DNA of 64,000 nucleotides from an uncultured Chloroflexia bacterium (lineage in GTDB: Bacteria; Chloroflexota; Limnocylindria; Limnocylindrales; CSP1-4). How positions within the stretch are numbered: the stretch's first letter is position 1; each line of letters begins with the position of its first letter. Of the stretch, positions 20,810-30,922 are shown one piece after another. The notes beneath the pieces are model-generated. The model was given only the letters and a program-made list of their open reading frames with translations. It searched no databases and had not been told where the DNA came from. The stretch spans positions 53,204 to 117,203 of the forward strand of contig CAVZXQ010000002.1 in assembly GCA_963779315.1 (NCBI GenBank), in the 5' to 3' direction. The translations under genes and the position numbers were made by a program.

Positions 20810-20885
20810 TGGTGCCGAGAGCCAAATTCGAACTGGCGACACCGCGATTTTCAGTCGCGTGCTCTACCAACTGAGCTATCTCGGC
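20810..20885 (-). tRNA. tRNA-Phe (GAA), CCA encoded
   Basis: Hand-folded. The acceptor is GCCGAGA/TCTCGGC, the anticodon stem CGCGA/TCGCG with loop CTGAAAA, and the T loop TTCGAAT. Confidence 0.9.
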
Positions 20886-20974
20886 CCGATGGTCAACCAG
20901 CCGTCGGCTGCCCGTCGGCGGCTGCGAGGATACCACGGGCCGCGCGGAGGCTGCCATGGAGCGGCCCTCCATCC

Positions 20975-21955
20975 CTACTCCAGGTCCGCCAGGTGGGCGG
21001 CCTCGTCCGCGCTCAGCGGCGGCTGGCTGGTCAGTTCGCGGAGCCGATTGATCCGGTCGAGGATGGGCGGGTGGGTGGACATCAGCGACGACGATCGGTC
21101 CTCGAACTTCTTGATGGGGTTGGTGAAGTACAGGTGCTGGGTCCCGCGGTTGGCGACCTCCAGGACTTCCTTGTCCGACGAGATCTTGGCGAGCGCCCGT
21201 TCCAGCCCGACGGGGTTCCGGGTCAGTTCCACGGACGATGCATCCGCGAGGTATTCACGTTGGCGACTGACCGACAGCTGGATGAACCGGCTGACGATCG
21301 GGGCCAGGATCGCCAGCGCGATCGCGATGATGGCGAAGGCCGCCTGGGCGCCTCCCCCACTCCCACCGCTATCGCTCCGCGACCGGCGCGTCCCGCCCCA
21401 GAACGTGAAGCGCAGGAAGAAGTCGGCCAGCAGGGCGATCGCCCCGACCATCACCGCGACGACCAGCGAGAAGCGGATATCCAGGTTTCGCACGTGTGAC
21501 AGCTCATGCCCGATGACGCCCTGGAGCTCCTCGCGGTCCAGCTTCTCGAGGAGGCCGGTGGTGATGGCGATCGAGGCGTGCGCCGGATCCCGGCCGGTCG
21601 CGAAGGCGTTCGGGGCGGTGTCGTCGATGAGGTAGACGGCTGGTATCGGGATGTTCGCCGCGATGGCCAGTTCGCCGACGACGTTCATGAGCTGCGGCGC
21701 GCTCGCCGGATCCACGAGCCGGGCCCCACTGACCGTCAGCACGAGCTTGTCGCCCTGGAAATACGTCCCGACACCGGCCATCGCCCCGAGGGCGACGGCG
21801 AACAGGGTGGCCGCGACGCCACCCGCCGTCGTGCCGGAGATGGCGAACCCGATGCTGAACCCGAGCAGGGCGAGCAGGACGACGATGAATCCCGCCATCA
21901 GCAGCGAGTTGCGCCGATTGGCCGCCTGTTGCTGGTAGAACGTTCTCGCGGCCAC
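20975..21955 (-). CDS. htpX: M48-family zinc metalloprotease HtpX
   Basis: Intact 326-aa ORF with N-terminal TM helices, the zinc motif HELSHVRN and the C-terminal MSTHPPILDRI. Confidence 0.9.
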   Translation of the reverse strand: MAARTFYQQQAANRRNSLLMAGFIVVLLALLGFSIGFAISGTTAGGVAATLFAVALGAMAGVGTYFQGDKLVLTVSGARLVDPASAPQLMNVVGELAIAANIPIPAVYLIDDTAPNAFATGRDPAHASIAITTGLLEKLDREELQGVIGHELSHVRNLDIRFSLVVAVMVGAIALLADFFLRFTFWGGTRRSRSDSGGSGGGAQAAFAIIAIALAILAPIVSRFIQLSVSRQREYLADASSVELTRNPVGLERALAKISSDKEVLEVANRGTQHLYFTNPIKKFEDRSSSLMSTHPPILDRINRLRELTSQPPLSADEAAHLADLE

Positions 21956-21977
21956 GGGGCCTCCCGTCGGCCTGTGG

Positions 21978-22541
21978 TCAGCTCAGGCTGAGATCGACGT
22001 TGGGAACCGTGGCAGCTTCCGGTTCGGCGTCGAAGAACTCGCGCTTGATGAAGCCGAAGATCCCGGCGATCAGGACCGCGGGAAACGTCGCGATGTTGGT
22101 GTTGTAGTCGAGGACCGTCGCGTTGTAGTGCTGGCGCGAGAAGGAGATCTGGTTCTCGGTCGTGGTCAGGCTCTCCTGGAGCGACAGCACGTTCTCGTTC
22201 GCCTTGAGCTCCGGATAGTTCTCGACGACCGCGAACAGCGAGCGCAGGCTCGAGGTCAGGACGTTCTCCGCGGCAGCCTGCTGGGCGGGGCCCTGGGCTC
22301 CTGCGGAGACGGCCGCCGCTCGGGCATTGGTCACGTCGGTCAGGACCTTCTGCTCGAAGCCCATGTAGCCCTTGACCGCGTTCACGAGGTTCGGGATGAG
22401 GTCGTGGCGGCGCTTCAGCTGGACCTCGATCTGGGCGAACGCCTCATCGACGCGCAGGCGCTTCTGGACCAGGCCGTTGTACAGCGCGATCAGGACGACC
22501 GCCACGATGACGATGATCCCGCCGATGATCAGGAGTTCCAT
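21978..22541 (-). CDS. lemA: LemA family membrane protein
   Basis: Last 187 codons of ORF 21978..23189, from [25 protein letters not shown] (ATG 22541, GGAGGAGG upstream). It also has [19 protein letters not shown] and [12 protein letters not shown]. Confidence 0.9.
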   Translation of the reverse strand: MELLIIGGIIVIVAVVLIALYNGLVQKRLRVDEAFAQIEVQLKRRHDLIPNLVNAVKGYMGFEQKVLTDVTNARAAAVSAGAQGPAQQAAAENVLTSSLRSLFAVVENYPELKANENVLSLQESLTTTENQISFSRQHYNATVLDYNTNIATFPAVLIAGIFGFIKREFFDAEPEAATVPNVDLSLS

Positions 22542-22636
22542 GCCCCTCCTCCGCTGACGATGGGTCCGGGGCGATGCCCAGGCTGGGCAAGAGCATAGCA
22601 GCGGCGTTCGGGCAACGGCTCTGGATGGAGCGGCCC

Positions 22637-23188
22637 TCAGGCTGGAAGCGCCACCGCATCGAAGCAGGCGATGCCCGCATCGAACGCCTCGAGGTCGGCG
22701 TTCAGGGCTTCGGGATGCTTGGCGCCGACGACAGCGACGAGCGCCATCCGCAGCGCCGCTTCGGGGAGGAACGGCCGCCTGGCGACGAGGGCACCGAGGG
22801 CCACCACGCTGACCAGGCGATCGTCGCCGGCCGCCCGCGCCAGCGCTGTGCACGGCGGTGCGATGACCTCGAAGTCGTCCGACTGGCGGCGGCTCGACCG
22901 CCGTTCCATCGGCGATCAGCAGCCCGCCGGCGGCGACGGCGCCGCCATACCGAACCAGCGCCGGGCCGGACAGGGCGATGACGACATCGGCGCGGGCCAC
23001 GACGGGCGATCCGATCGGACGATCTCCGATGATCACCGTGCAGGCCGCCGAACCGCCGCGCATCTCCGGTCCGTAGGACGGGATCCAGAGCACCTCGAGG
23101 CCTTCCGCCATCGCCGCGCGCGCCAGGACCGTGCCGGCGAAGAGGATCCCCTGGCCGCCGAACCCGGAGAGGATCACCGTGCGTTCCA

Positions 23189-23189
<1 letters not shown>
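22637..23189 (-). CDS. korC: 2-oxoacid:ferredoxin oxidoreductase, gamma subunit; 1 frame change
   Basis: [46 protein letters not shown] is the start of ORF 21978..23189. The protein continues in ORF 22637..22909 (..[30 protein letters not shown]). The break is near 22905. Confidence 0.8.
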
Positions 23190-25058
<1,869 letters not shown>

Positions 25059-25062
<4 letters not shown>

Positions 25063-25328
25063 CGGACGCTCTCGTGTGGGTGGGCGATGACCGTGAAGAC
25101 CGCGTCCGGGCAGACCTTCGCGCACAGGGCGCAACTCGTGCACCGTCCGGCGTCGAGCAGCTGGACCGGGTGATGACCGAGCGCATTCACGGCATCGAGG
25201 TCCAGGGCGAGGACGTGCGGCGGGCAGGCGGACACGCACAACTCGCAGCCCTTGCATCGATCCGATGCGATGATCAGCGGCCCTCCGGTGAGGCGATCGA
25301 CCGGTACCAGGGCCGCCGTCAGGGTCAT
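25059..25328 (-). CDS. korD: 2-oxoacid:ferredoxin oxidoreductase, delta subunit (2x[4Fe-4S] ferredoxin)
   Basis: ORF 25059..25400, with the start taken at MTLTAAL (25328). It has two CxxCxxCxxxCP clusters ([12 protein letters not shown] and [12 protein letters not shown]). ATGA overlaps occur at both ends. Confidence 0.8.
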
Positions 25329-25846
25329 TCGGGCGACCACGCCGGTCGGTCGGCCGGATCCGCCAGGTCGGCGTACTTGACGTGAGCGGCCCGCTGCCAC
25401 GCCTCCCGATCGACATGCATCGTGAACCGATGGCTGCCGGCATGGAACGAGATCTCCGGGTCGTCATGGATGGCGTGGTCCGCGGTCACGCCGAGCCCGA
25501 ACAGCTCGCCGACCGGCGGGATCGTGCCGACCTCGCAGCCGGGCGCCAGGGCCAGGAGTTCGGCCTCCGTCGCGAGCCGGATCGAGTCGGCCGCCAGGAA
25601 CGCGGCGGCCTTCTCGAGATCGACCCTGTCCAGCGCATCCACCACGACAAGGGCCGCGTGCCCGTCGGCCATGAGGACGACGGTCTTGGCGAACCGCCGC
25701 GGGTCGATGCCCTCTGCGCGGGCTGTCTCCATCGCCCGGACCGTCACGTGGTGCTCATGGACCTCGTGCTCGACGTCATGCTCGATCAACCATCGAAGCA
25801 GGGGCGGGAAGGGGGTGGTCCCAGCCACGGGTTCCAGGGCTGCCAT
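25325..25846 (-). CDS. YbaK/ProX-type aminoacyl-tRNA editing (deacylase) domain protein
   Basis: ORF 25325..25906, with the start taken at MAALEP (25846, AAGGAGGTG upstream). Features include [29 protein letters not shown] and ISFHAGSH. Its stop overlaps the korD ATG. Confidence 0.7.
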   Translation of the reverse strand: MAALEPVAGTTPFPPLLRWLIEHDVEHEVHEHHVTVRAMETARAEGIDPRRFAKTVVLMADGHAALVVVDALDRVDLEKAAAFLAADSIRLATEAELLALAPGCEVGTIPPVGELFGLGVTADHAIHDDPEISFHAGSHRFTMHVDREAWQRAAHVKYADLADPADRPAWSPE

Positions 25847-26187
25847 CGAACACCTCCTTGCCACTACGGTCGCAGCGGACCCATCGAGCATCGTGCGCGG
25901 CCGCATCCATCACCAGTACCGAAGGTCACGCCCGGCACGGGTCCGATGGCAGGATGGGCTCGGAAAGGCCCCGCGCCACGACGGGGCGAGCTCGATCGAC
26001 TACGCGCGAGCTCGGCTTATCGCCGGCTCGTTGGGCAGGCCGACCACGGCGCAGTGACCGTCAGCTCGACCGGTGCGCCCGCCCTCGAATCGTAGACACC
26101 GCTCGCTCGAACCGCCAGTATCATCCAGCCCGTAGTCCAGGTCATCTCGGACCCGGGGTAGTGCCAGGGGCCTGGCGGACCGACTCG

Positions 26188-26604
26188 CTACTCGGTGACC
26201 ACGATCGATCCTTCCATCCCGATGTGGAGCGTGCACCGGTACGGATAGGCTCCCACCTGCCTGATCGTCAGACTCGCGTGTCCGCCTGGCGACAGGGTCG
26301 GTGTGGCGCACGAGCCCTGCACGAGTGTCGCGTTGTGGCTCCCGCCCCGGTCGATGAATTCGATCACGTCGCCGACCTTCGCCGAGACGGTCGTCGGATA
26401 GAACCGGAAGTCGAGCATCGTGACCGCTACAGTGCCCGGTTCGATGGACGAGACGCAGAACGCTGTCGGCGTGAGGCTCGCCGCGGGGACGGCCGATGCG
26501 GCTCCTGCCGACACTCCGACGAACGGTGTCGGAGCCGAGACCGAACTGCACGCCGCGAGCCCGAGAGATAGCGCGGCAACCAATGGGAGTAGCCGACTGG
26601 CCAT
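26188..26604 (-). CDS. Cupredoxin-like (blue-copper type) lipoprotein
   Basis: ORF 26188..26859, with the start taken at MASRLLPLVAALSLGLAAC (26604), which includes a lipobox. The candidate copper ligands are His in GGSHNA and C-x2-H-x2-M in YRCTLHIGM. Confidence 0.65.
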   Translation of the reverse strand: MASRLLPLVAALSLGLAACSSVSAPTPFVGVSAGAASAVPAASLTPTAFCVSSIEPGTVAVTMLDFRFYPTTVSAKVGDVIEFIDRGGSHNATLVQGSCATPTLSPGGHASLTIRQVGAYPYRCTLHIGMEGSIVVTE

Positions 26605-26733
26605 GGAGTGCCCCCTGCCGTGGCGATCTGGAACAGCCGATCGAGCATAGCAGCGCCCCCGCGCTTGACCGAGGGCATACCCTTCTGCGAACGGCAAACG
26701 GCCGACCGCGCTTCGTCCGGGAGGTACGCCCGA

Positions 26734-27114
26734 GTGCTTGACGCCATCAACGCGGTGAACGCCGGTCGCCAGGGCGGGATCGGCGCTGTGATCGGCCTGC
26801 TGGTAGGTGTCACGATCGCCGTCATCTGGTCGCTCAACGAGGCGCCTGCCGGATGTCAACCCTCCGACTTCGGCTTCGACTTCATGAACATCACGTTCAG
26901 GTGCGCTGGCGAGGGGCCGATCATCGTCGGCCTTCCCAATACGCCGTCACATCCGATCTCGCTCGCCGTCCTGGCCTTCGTCGGGAACCAGCTGCGCGAT
27001 CGTCGGGTATCTCATCGAGGGGTGGTTACGTCCCGGACAGCGCGGCTCGGAAGGCACCCGGTCGGTGCGGACCGCTTGCCGCTCGTGGCGGGATCGCTTA
27101 CGTCAGCGCGGTGA
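26734..27114 (+). CDS. Possible small membrane protein (weak call)
   Basis: GTG 26734 lies 9 nt after GGGAGG, and there is one TM segment (GGIGAVIGLLVGVTIAVIW). However, it would be the only plus-strand ORF in this block. Its 3' end covers a REP-like element and the hydrolase stop. Confidence 0.2.
   Translation: MLDAINAVNAGRQGGIGAVIGLLVGVTIAVIWSLNEAPAGCQPSDFGFDFMNITFRCAGEGPIIVGLPNTPSHPISLAVLAFVGNQLRDRRVSHRGVVTSRTARLGRHPVGADRLPLVAGSLTSAR
27047..27097 (-). repeat. REP-like GC-rich element, copy abutting the hydrolase stop codon
   Basis: The minus strand reads TAA-GCGATCCCGCCACGAGCGGCAAGCGGTCCGCACCGACCGGGTG. By eye it is about 80% identical to the copy at 30762-30820. Confidence 0.5.
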
Positions 27115-28028
27115 GCATCGCATCCCAGTGGTCGAAGAGGAACAGGTGCCCCTCGCCCGGGTAGGACACCAACCTGGCGCGCGGGATGGTGGCAGCGAGG
27201 TAGTCAGCGTGGAACCGTCGGACCTGGCGATCGGCTCCACCGATCATCACGACGACCTCCTGCTGGATCTCCGCCACCGAGAACCCACTCTCGTCGATCC
27301 GCGCGATCCAATCCCCGATCAGGCCGGCGGTTCCCTGGCGTTCGCCCTCGGCCAGCCACTCGCCGATGGTGTCGAAGAGACCGGGCTGGGCGAGGAGTCG
27401 GTCGTCCGCATCACCTCGAGCTCACCATGAAGCGGGTCTGGCCGCTGCGACTGGTCGCCGGGGATGCACGAAATCGCAGTGGCATGTACAGGCCTTCCCC
27501 GTCATATCGTTGACACAGTCGAGTCACCGCCGCGATCCCCTGGGCGCGATCCTGGTGAAAGAGCTTGACGGCGGCTCGACCTTCCGGAGAGAACTCATCC
27601 AGAGCGCCGGGAACCTCCAGGGCCAGACCCGGGCTGCCCGCCAGTCCGACCATGGAGACACGGTCCGGCAGGTGGTAGGCGCACGCGAGTGCGTACAGGC
27701 CCCCTGACGACCATCCCACGACGGGGCAAGGCGGTAGGTCGAGATGGTCAGCGAGCTCCACGAAGTCATCGACCCACTCGGACAGGGTCCGATCGATCTT
27801 CGGGTCGGATCGCCCGTAGCCGGGGCGGTCGATCGTGATCAGACGCACGCCGCCAGCCTCCGTGGCGTCGAGGTCCGGGCACATCAGCCGGGAGCCTGGC
27901 ATCCCATGGAGCAGGACCACCGGCCGCCCACCGATTTCGCCCCACTCACTGAACGCGAGCGTACGACCATCTGCTAGCTCGAGCGTTCGATCGAGCTTTG
28001 GGGTCGCTGTCGCTCTCATCGTAGACAT
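27098..28028 (-). CDS. Alpha/beta-fold hydrolase; at least 2 frame changes
   Basis: ORF 27411..28028 supplies HGMPGSR and the nucleophile elbow VGWSSGGLYA. My own translation of the C-terminal part is ..GLFDTIGEWLAEGERQGTAGLIGDWIARIDESGFSVAEIQQEVVVMIGGADRQV..YPGEGHLFLFDHWDAMLTALT, ending at TAA 27098-27100. Breaks lie between 27400 and 27470. Confidence 0.75.
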
Positions 28029-28061
28029 CCCCTGGCGCGTTCCATCGATCGAGCATAGCTT

Positions 28062-28102
28062 CCTGTCCGCCCGGACCGCTGGACACTCACTGCGGGATCG
28101 CC
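28062..28102 (-). repeat. REP-like GC-rich element, copy 3' of the 28122 gene
   Basis: The minus strand reads GGCGATCCCGCAGTGAGTGTCCAGCGGTCCGGGCGGACAGG. It aligns with the copies at 27047 and 30762 at about 75% identity by eye. Confidence 0.45.
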
Positions 28103-28121
28103 GATCACCGATGTCCCCGGA

Positions 28122-28397
28122 TCAAGGCTGCCGCTCGTCGCTGCCGGCTGGTGGCGTCGCCGGATCGGACTGCACCGGCTTCTGGTGGACGTCGTCCAGT
28201 GCTTCCTTCCTCACGGCTTCCCGCCGCTTGTCAGGAACAGCCAGCAAGGCGATCAGCGCGATGGGTGGCGAGAGGACGATCGCGATCAGGAACCAGTTGC
28301 GTCCGTCACGGCCACGTGCCTTCGCGCCATAGCCGATCAGCACCGAGAACATGAACCAACAGATCCACCACAGCCCGTAGAAGTCCATGAGCTCCAT
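28122..28397 (-). CDS. Small two-TM membrane protein
   Basis: ORF 28122..28415, with the start taken at MELMDFYGLWW (28397) after GGGAGGG. It has two hydrophobic helices and a basic/acidic tail. Confidence 0.5.
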   Translation of the reverse strand: MELMDFYGLWWICWFMFSVLIGYGAKARGRDGRNWFLIAIVLSPPIALIALLAVPDKRREAVRKEALDDVHQKPVQSDPATPPAGSDERQP

Positions 28398-28415
28398 GCG
28401 ACCCTCCCGCTGCAC

Positions 28416-28811
28416 TCAGTGGGCTGGCTGCCGCGGATGGTGGGCCAGGGATGCGATCAGCGCGATCGGGACGAAGCCGACCGTGAGCAAGACGATCGCG
28501 TACCCGATGCCGATCCCGGCAAGCGTCATCCACTCCCCATCCGGATCCCCGATGAGGCCCAGCCAGGCGGTGAACGCGAGGACCGTCCCGCACGCCCCCG
28601 CCACGACCGCAGCGAGTCCGCGCGGCCTCCGGTCGATCGTCGCGGCGAAGGCCCCCGCTGCGATCCCGACCCCCGGGACGAACAGGGCGGTCGCGTCGCC
28701 GAAGATGGCGCCGACCGGGTTCCCGTCGGTCATGGTCACCCAGAAGGCGACCCACGCGGCGAGCATCGCGCCCGCGCCGATCAAGACCAAGGTGAGGGTG
28801 ATCTTACGCAT
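28416..28811 (-). CDS. Four-TM membrane protein
   Basis: ORF 28416..28865, with the start taken at MRKITLTLVLIG (28811) after GAAGGTGG. It directly abuts the next gene. Confidence 0.5.
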   Translation of the reverse strand: MRKITLTLVLIGAGAMLAAWVAFWVTMTDGNPVGAIFGDATALFVPGVGIAAGAFAATIDRRPRGLAAVVAGACGTVLAFTAWLGLIGDPDGEWMTLAGIGIGYAIVLLTVGFVPIALIASLAHHPRQPAH

Positions 28812-28953
28812 CGAACCCACCTTCCCGGCTGGCGGCACTGCATCGCCGCCGATCGCTTGACGCACGGTGCGGCGGCGACTCCAAGCGTCGCCAACTGCCA
28901 GCCCCGTAGACCCTCTTGCCGCCGCAGTCCATGACCTTGATCGCAGTCGGCTC

Positions 28954-29682
28954 TCAGCCGCGCGCTGGCGACACGCCGGTCAGGACGAAGTTCCCACGGC
29001 AGTCGTTGCGTGCGCTCTCGTCGTCGGGCGGGTCGCCAGGCCAGTCCTGACCGACGACGTAGTGGCACGTATCCGCCGCGCTGTCACCGACATGGCCTGT
29101 GACGATGACCCATCCGGGCTTGTCCCCAAGCGTCAGCCCGCTCCCAGGGCGTACATGGATGAAGAGTGCGCTGCAGGCAGGGTCGACGTCCACGGAGCAG
29201 GAGTGCTCCTCCCCGGTCGGCGGGACGCCCCATAGCATCGACATCCCGTCTGGCGGATACGCGAGCCAGCCGGGTTCGATGAAGGGCGCCTCCCAGCCCG
29301 TCGCGAACGGCGTGTCGGCCCATGCGCGGATCGATACATCCACCCCGCCCGGGCAAGCCCGGTCCGCCTCAACGAACTCCCTGACCGTCAGGACCGACGA
29401 CGCCAAGCAGGATGGTCTCGGCGTTGACGGCGGTGCGGAGCTCGTCGACTGGGCGCTCGACGGCGACGCGGTCGCCGGCACGGAGCTGATCACCGCGGTC
29501 ATCTGGGCGATCGGTTCCGGCGAAGTCGGCGTCGGAGTCGCCGGCACGGAGCTGATCACCGCGGTCATCTGGGCGATCGGTTCCGGCGAAGTCGGCGTCG
29601 GAGTCGCCGCGCCCTGGTTGACTGCGCAACCCGCGACCAGCAGCCCGATCCCAAGGAAGACTCGAACGTGTGCCACCGCCAC
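28954..29682 (-). CDS. Hypothetical lipoprotein with an internal 22-aa tandem duplication
   Basis: Intact ORF with AGGAGG upstream (GTG at 29682 or 29676) and the lipobox LLVAGC. ATPTPTSPEPIAQMTAVISSVP occurs twice, followed by a Cys-rich C-terminal domain. I recognise no family. Confidence 0.65.
   Translation of the reverse strand: MAVAHVRVFLGIGLLVAGCAVNQGAATPTPTSPEPIAQMTAVISSVPATPTPTSPEPIAQMTAVISSVPATASPSSAQSTSSAPPSTPRPSCLASSVLTVREFVEADRACPGGVDVSIRAWADTPFATGWEAPFIEPGWLAYPPDGMSMLWGVPPTGEEHSCSVDVDPACSALFIHVRPGSGLTLGDKPGWVIVTGHVGDSAADTCHYVVGQDWPGDPPDDESARNDCRGNFVLTGVSPARG
29471..29602. repeat. Perfect 2 x 66-bp tandem duplication inside the lipoprotein gene
   Basis: Unit GTCGCCGGCACGGAGCTGATCACCGCGGTCATCTGGGCGATCGGTTCCGGCGAAGTCGGCGTCGGA occurs at 29471-29536 and again at 29537-29602. 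By direct reading the two copies are identical. Confidence 0.9.
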
Positions 29683-29697
29683 ACCTCCTGAAGGTCT

Positions 29698-29832
29698 TCA
29701 GTGCCGGCGGCGCCAGGCGTCGTCAGCGGCCCCAAAGACGGCCCGCCCGACGTAGTCGATGACCTTGATGGCAAGCACCAGGACGACCAGGCCGACCACG
29801 ACCCCTGAAGCATCGCCCGGGAAACTCGACAT
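29698..29832 (-). CDS. Possible 44-aa single-TM peptide upstream of the lipoprotein gene
   Basis: My own translation: MSSFPGDASGVVVGLVVLVLAIKVIDYVGRAVFGAADDAWRRRH. GAGGT lies 6 nt upstream, and the ORF ends 15 nt before the lipoprotein start. Confidence 0.3.
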   Translation of the reverse strand: MSSFPGDASGVVVGLVVLVLAIKVIDYVGRAVFGAADDAWRRRH

Positions 29833-29878
29833 CGGGCTACCTCGTACGCCGCAACGATGTCCCGTCTCGGGCAGACTC

Positions 29879-29897
29879 CGCCAGAGGCTTCGGTCAC
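29879..29897. repeat. 19-nt motif CGCCAGAGGCTTCGGTCAC, copy 1
   Basis: Identical to 30736-30754. It lies about 50 nt upstream (minus-strand sense) of the 29832 start codon. Confidence 0.6.
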
Positions 29898-30036
29898 CAA
29901 CATCGTCCCCGGACGGCCCGACGAGGCTACCGGGCTCGCGGCCCTCGTTGGTGCCTGCGCGACCCGTTTCGTGTGTGGCGAAGGCACTGGCACCGCGCAG
30001 TCAACCCGGCCGATACCGGCCCGTGCCACGGAGTCC

Positions 30037-30055
30037 GTTAGCAAACTGTTAGCAA
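30037..30055. promoter_or_regulatory. Direct repeat GTTAGCAA-ACT-GTTAGCAA (11-nt phasing), AT-rich for this genome
   Basis: Read directly at 30037-30044 and 30048-30055. It lies in a roughly 300-nt non-coding gap between two minus-strand genes. The function is unknown, and calling it an operator is inference only. Confidence 0.2.
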
Positions 30056-30137
30056 CGACCCCCGGACGGCCTGACGAAGGTGGACACCGAAGCGCGATCG
30101 GACGACAGCCCTGAGCCGGGCGAATGACCCCCGCTTC

Positions 30138-30686
30138 TCACGAGTGACGCCACCCGAGGTCGTGCCCCGGTCGAGACCTCCATGAGAAATCCATCAGGTC
30201 GGCGAGATAGATGGTCGTACCAACCACGAGGGTGAAGATGGCAGCGGTCCCGACTACCCCTGGAGTACTTGCTTCCGGGAGCCAGTTCCCGACCTCCACG
30301 AACGTAGCGAAGGCCCCAGGTACGAATACAAGGATCGCCAAGCCCTCCACGGTCGCCACCAGGCGCACGAGCTTCTCGAACCGACTCAGCTCCAAGGCCT
30401 CCGCGTACTCCTTGCCGATGCTCGGCCCGAGATAGAGGCGGCGCCAGTAGGCAAATCCAATCGAGACGATAGCCCAGACCATGATTGCCGTGGCCACCGC
30501 GAGGAGCCCGAGTCTCGCTGTCTCTTCGCCCACGGTGCTTACCACGTGGCTCGTCGTACCGCCGAAGAAGAAGGGGATCACGTGGTACGCCACCAGCCAA
30601 ATCCCGCCGAGAACGGCGATGGCGGCGGCGAAGAACGCGAAGTAGCACAGCAGCAACCGACCGATCGCCCGGATCGCGGGACCCAT
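30138..30686 (-). CDS. Hypothetical five-TM membrane protein
   Basis: ORF 30138..30695, with the start preferred at ATG 30686 (GAGGTG 6 nt upstream). It has hydrophobic helices throughout. I recognise no family. Confidence 0.6.
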   Translation of the reverse strand: MGPAIRAIGRLLLCYFAFFAAAIAVLGGIWLVAYHVIPFFFGGTTSHVVSTVGEETARLGLLAVATAIMVWAIVSIGFAYWRRLYLGPSIGKEYAEALELSRFEKLVRLVATVEGLAILVFVPGAFATFVEVGNWLPEASTPGVVGTAAIFTLVVGTTIYLADLMDFSWRSRPGHDLGWRHS

Positions 30687-30735
30687 CGCACCCACCTCAG
30701 CTACCCGGCAACGGTGCGCTGCGTAGGACCGGCCG

Positions 30736-30754
30736 CGCCAGAGGCTTCGGTCAC
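30736..30754. repeat. 19-nt motif CGCCAGAGGCTTCGGTCAC, copy 2
   Basis: Identical to 29879-29897. It lies about 50-70 nt upstream of the 30686 start codon and runs into the palindrome CACAATTGTG (30752-30761). Confidence 0.6.
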
Positions 30755-30761
30755 AATTGTG

Positions 30762-30820
30762 GCCCCCGGTCGCCCCGGACAGGCTGGCCGCTCGTGGCGG
30801 GATCGCAGGTCCGGGACCGG
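30762..30820 (-). repeat. REP-like GC-rich element with a long imperfect stem
   Basis: The minus strand reads CCGGTCCCGGAC-CTGCGATCCCGCCACGAGCGGCCAGCCT-GTCCGGGGCGACCGG. The outer arms can pair (about 12 bp with a bulge), and there is an inner CCGC/GCGG hairpin. Confidence 0.5.
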
Positions 30821-30922
30821 AGCCAGGGTCGCTCGACGGTAGCGGCGGTCGCCTATCCGGCGCTTATCCCCGTGGCGGCGAGTCGGTGACCTTGGGCTCA
30901 CTCGCTCGCTTGGCCGCGCGGA

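Noticed and set aside
29833-30137. An integron-style attC site / cassette array. The features that raised the idea were same-orientation small ORFs, structured repeats 3' of each ORF, and TGCTAAC ... GTTGACT resembling the RYYYAAC / GTTRRRY cores.
   Set aside because: The core matches are imperfect (GTTAGCA and TGCTAAC break the consensus). The R''/R' pairing is weak, and no intI gene or Pc/attI is present. I mention it only as something an attC covariance model could settle quickly.
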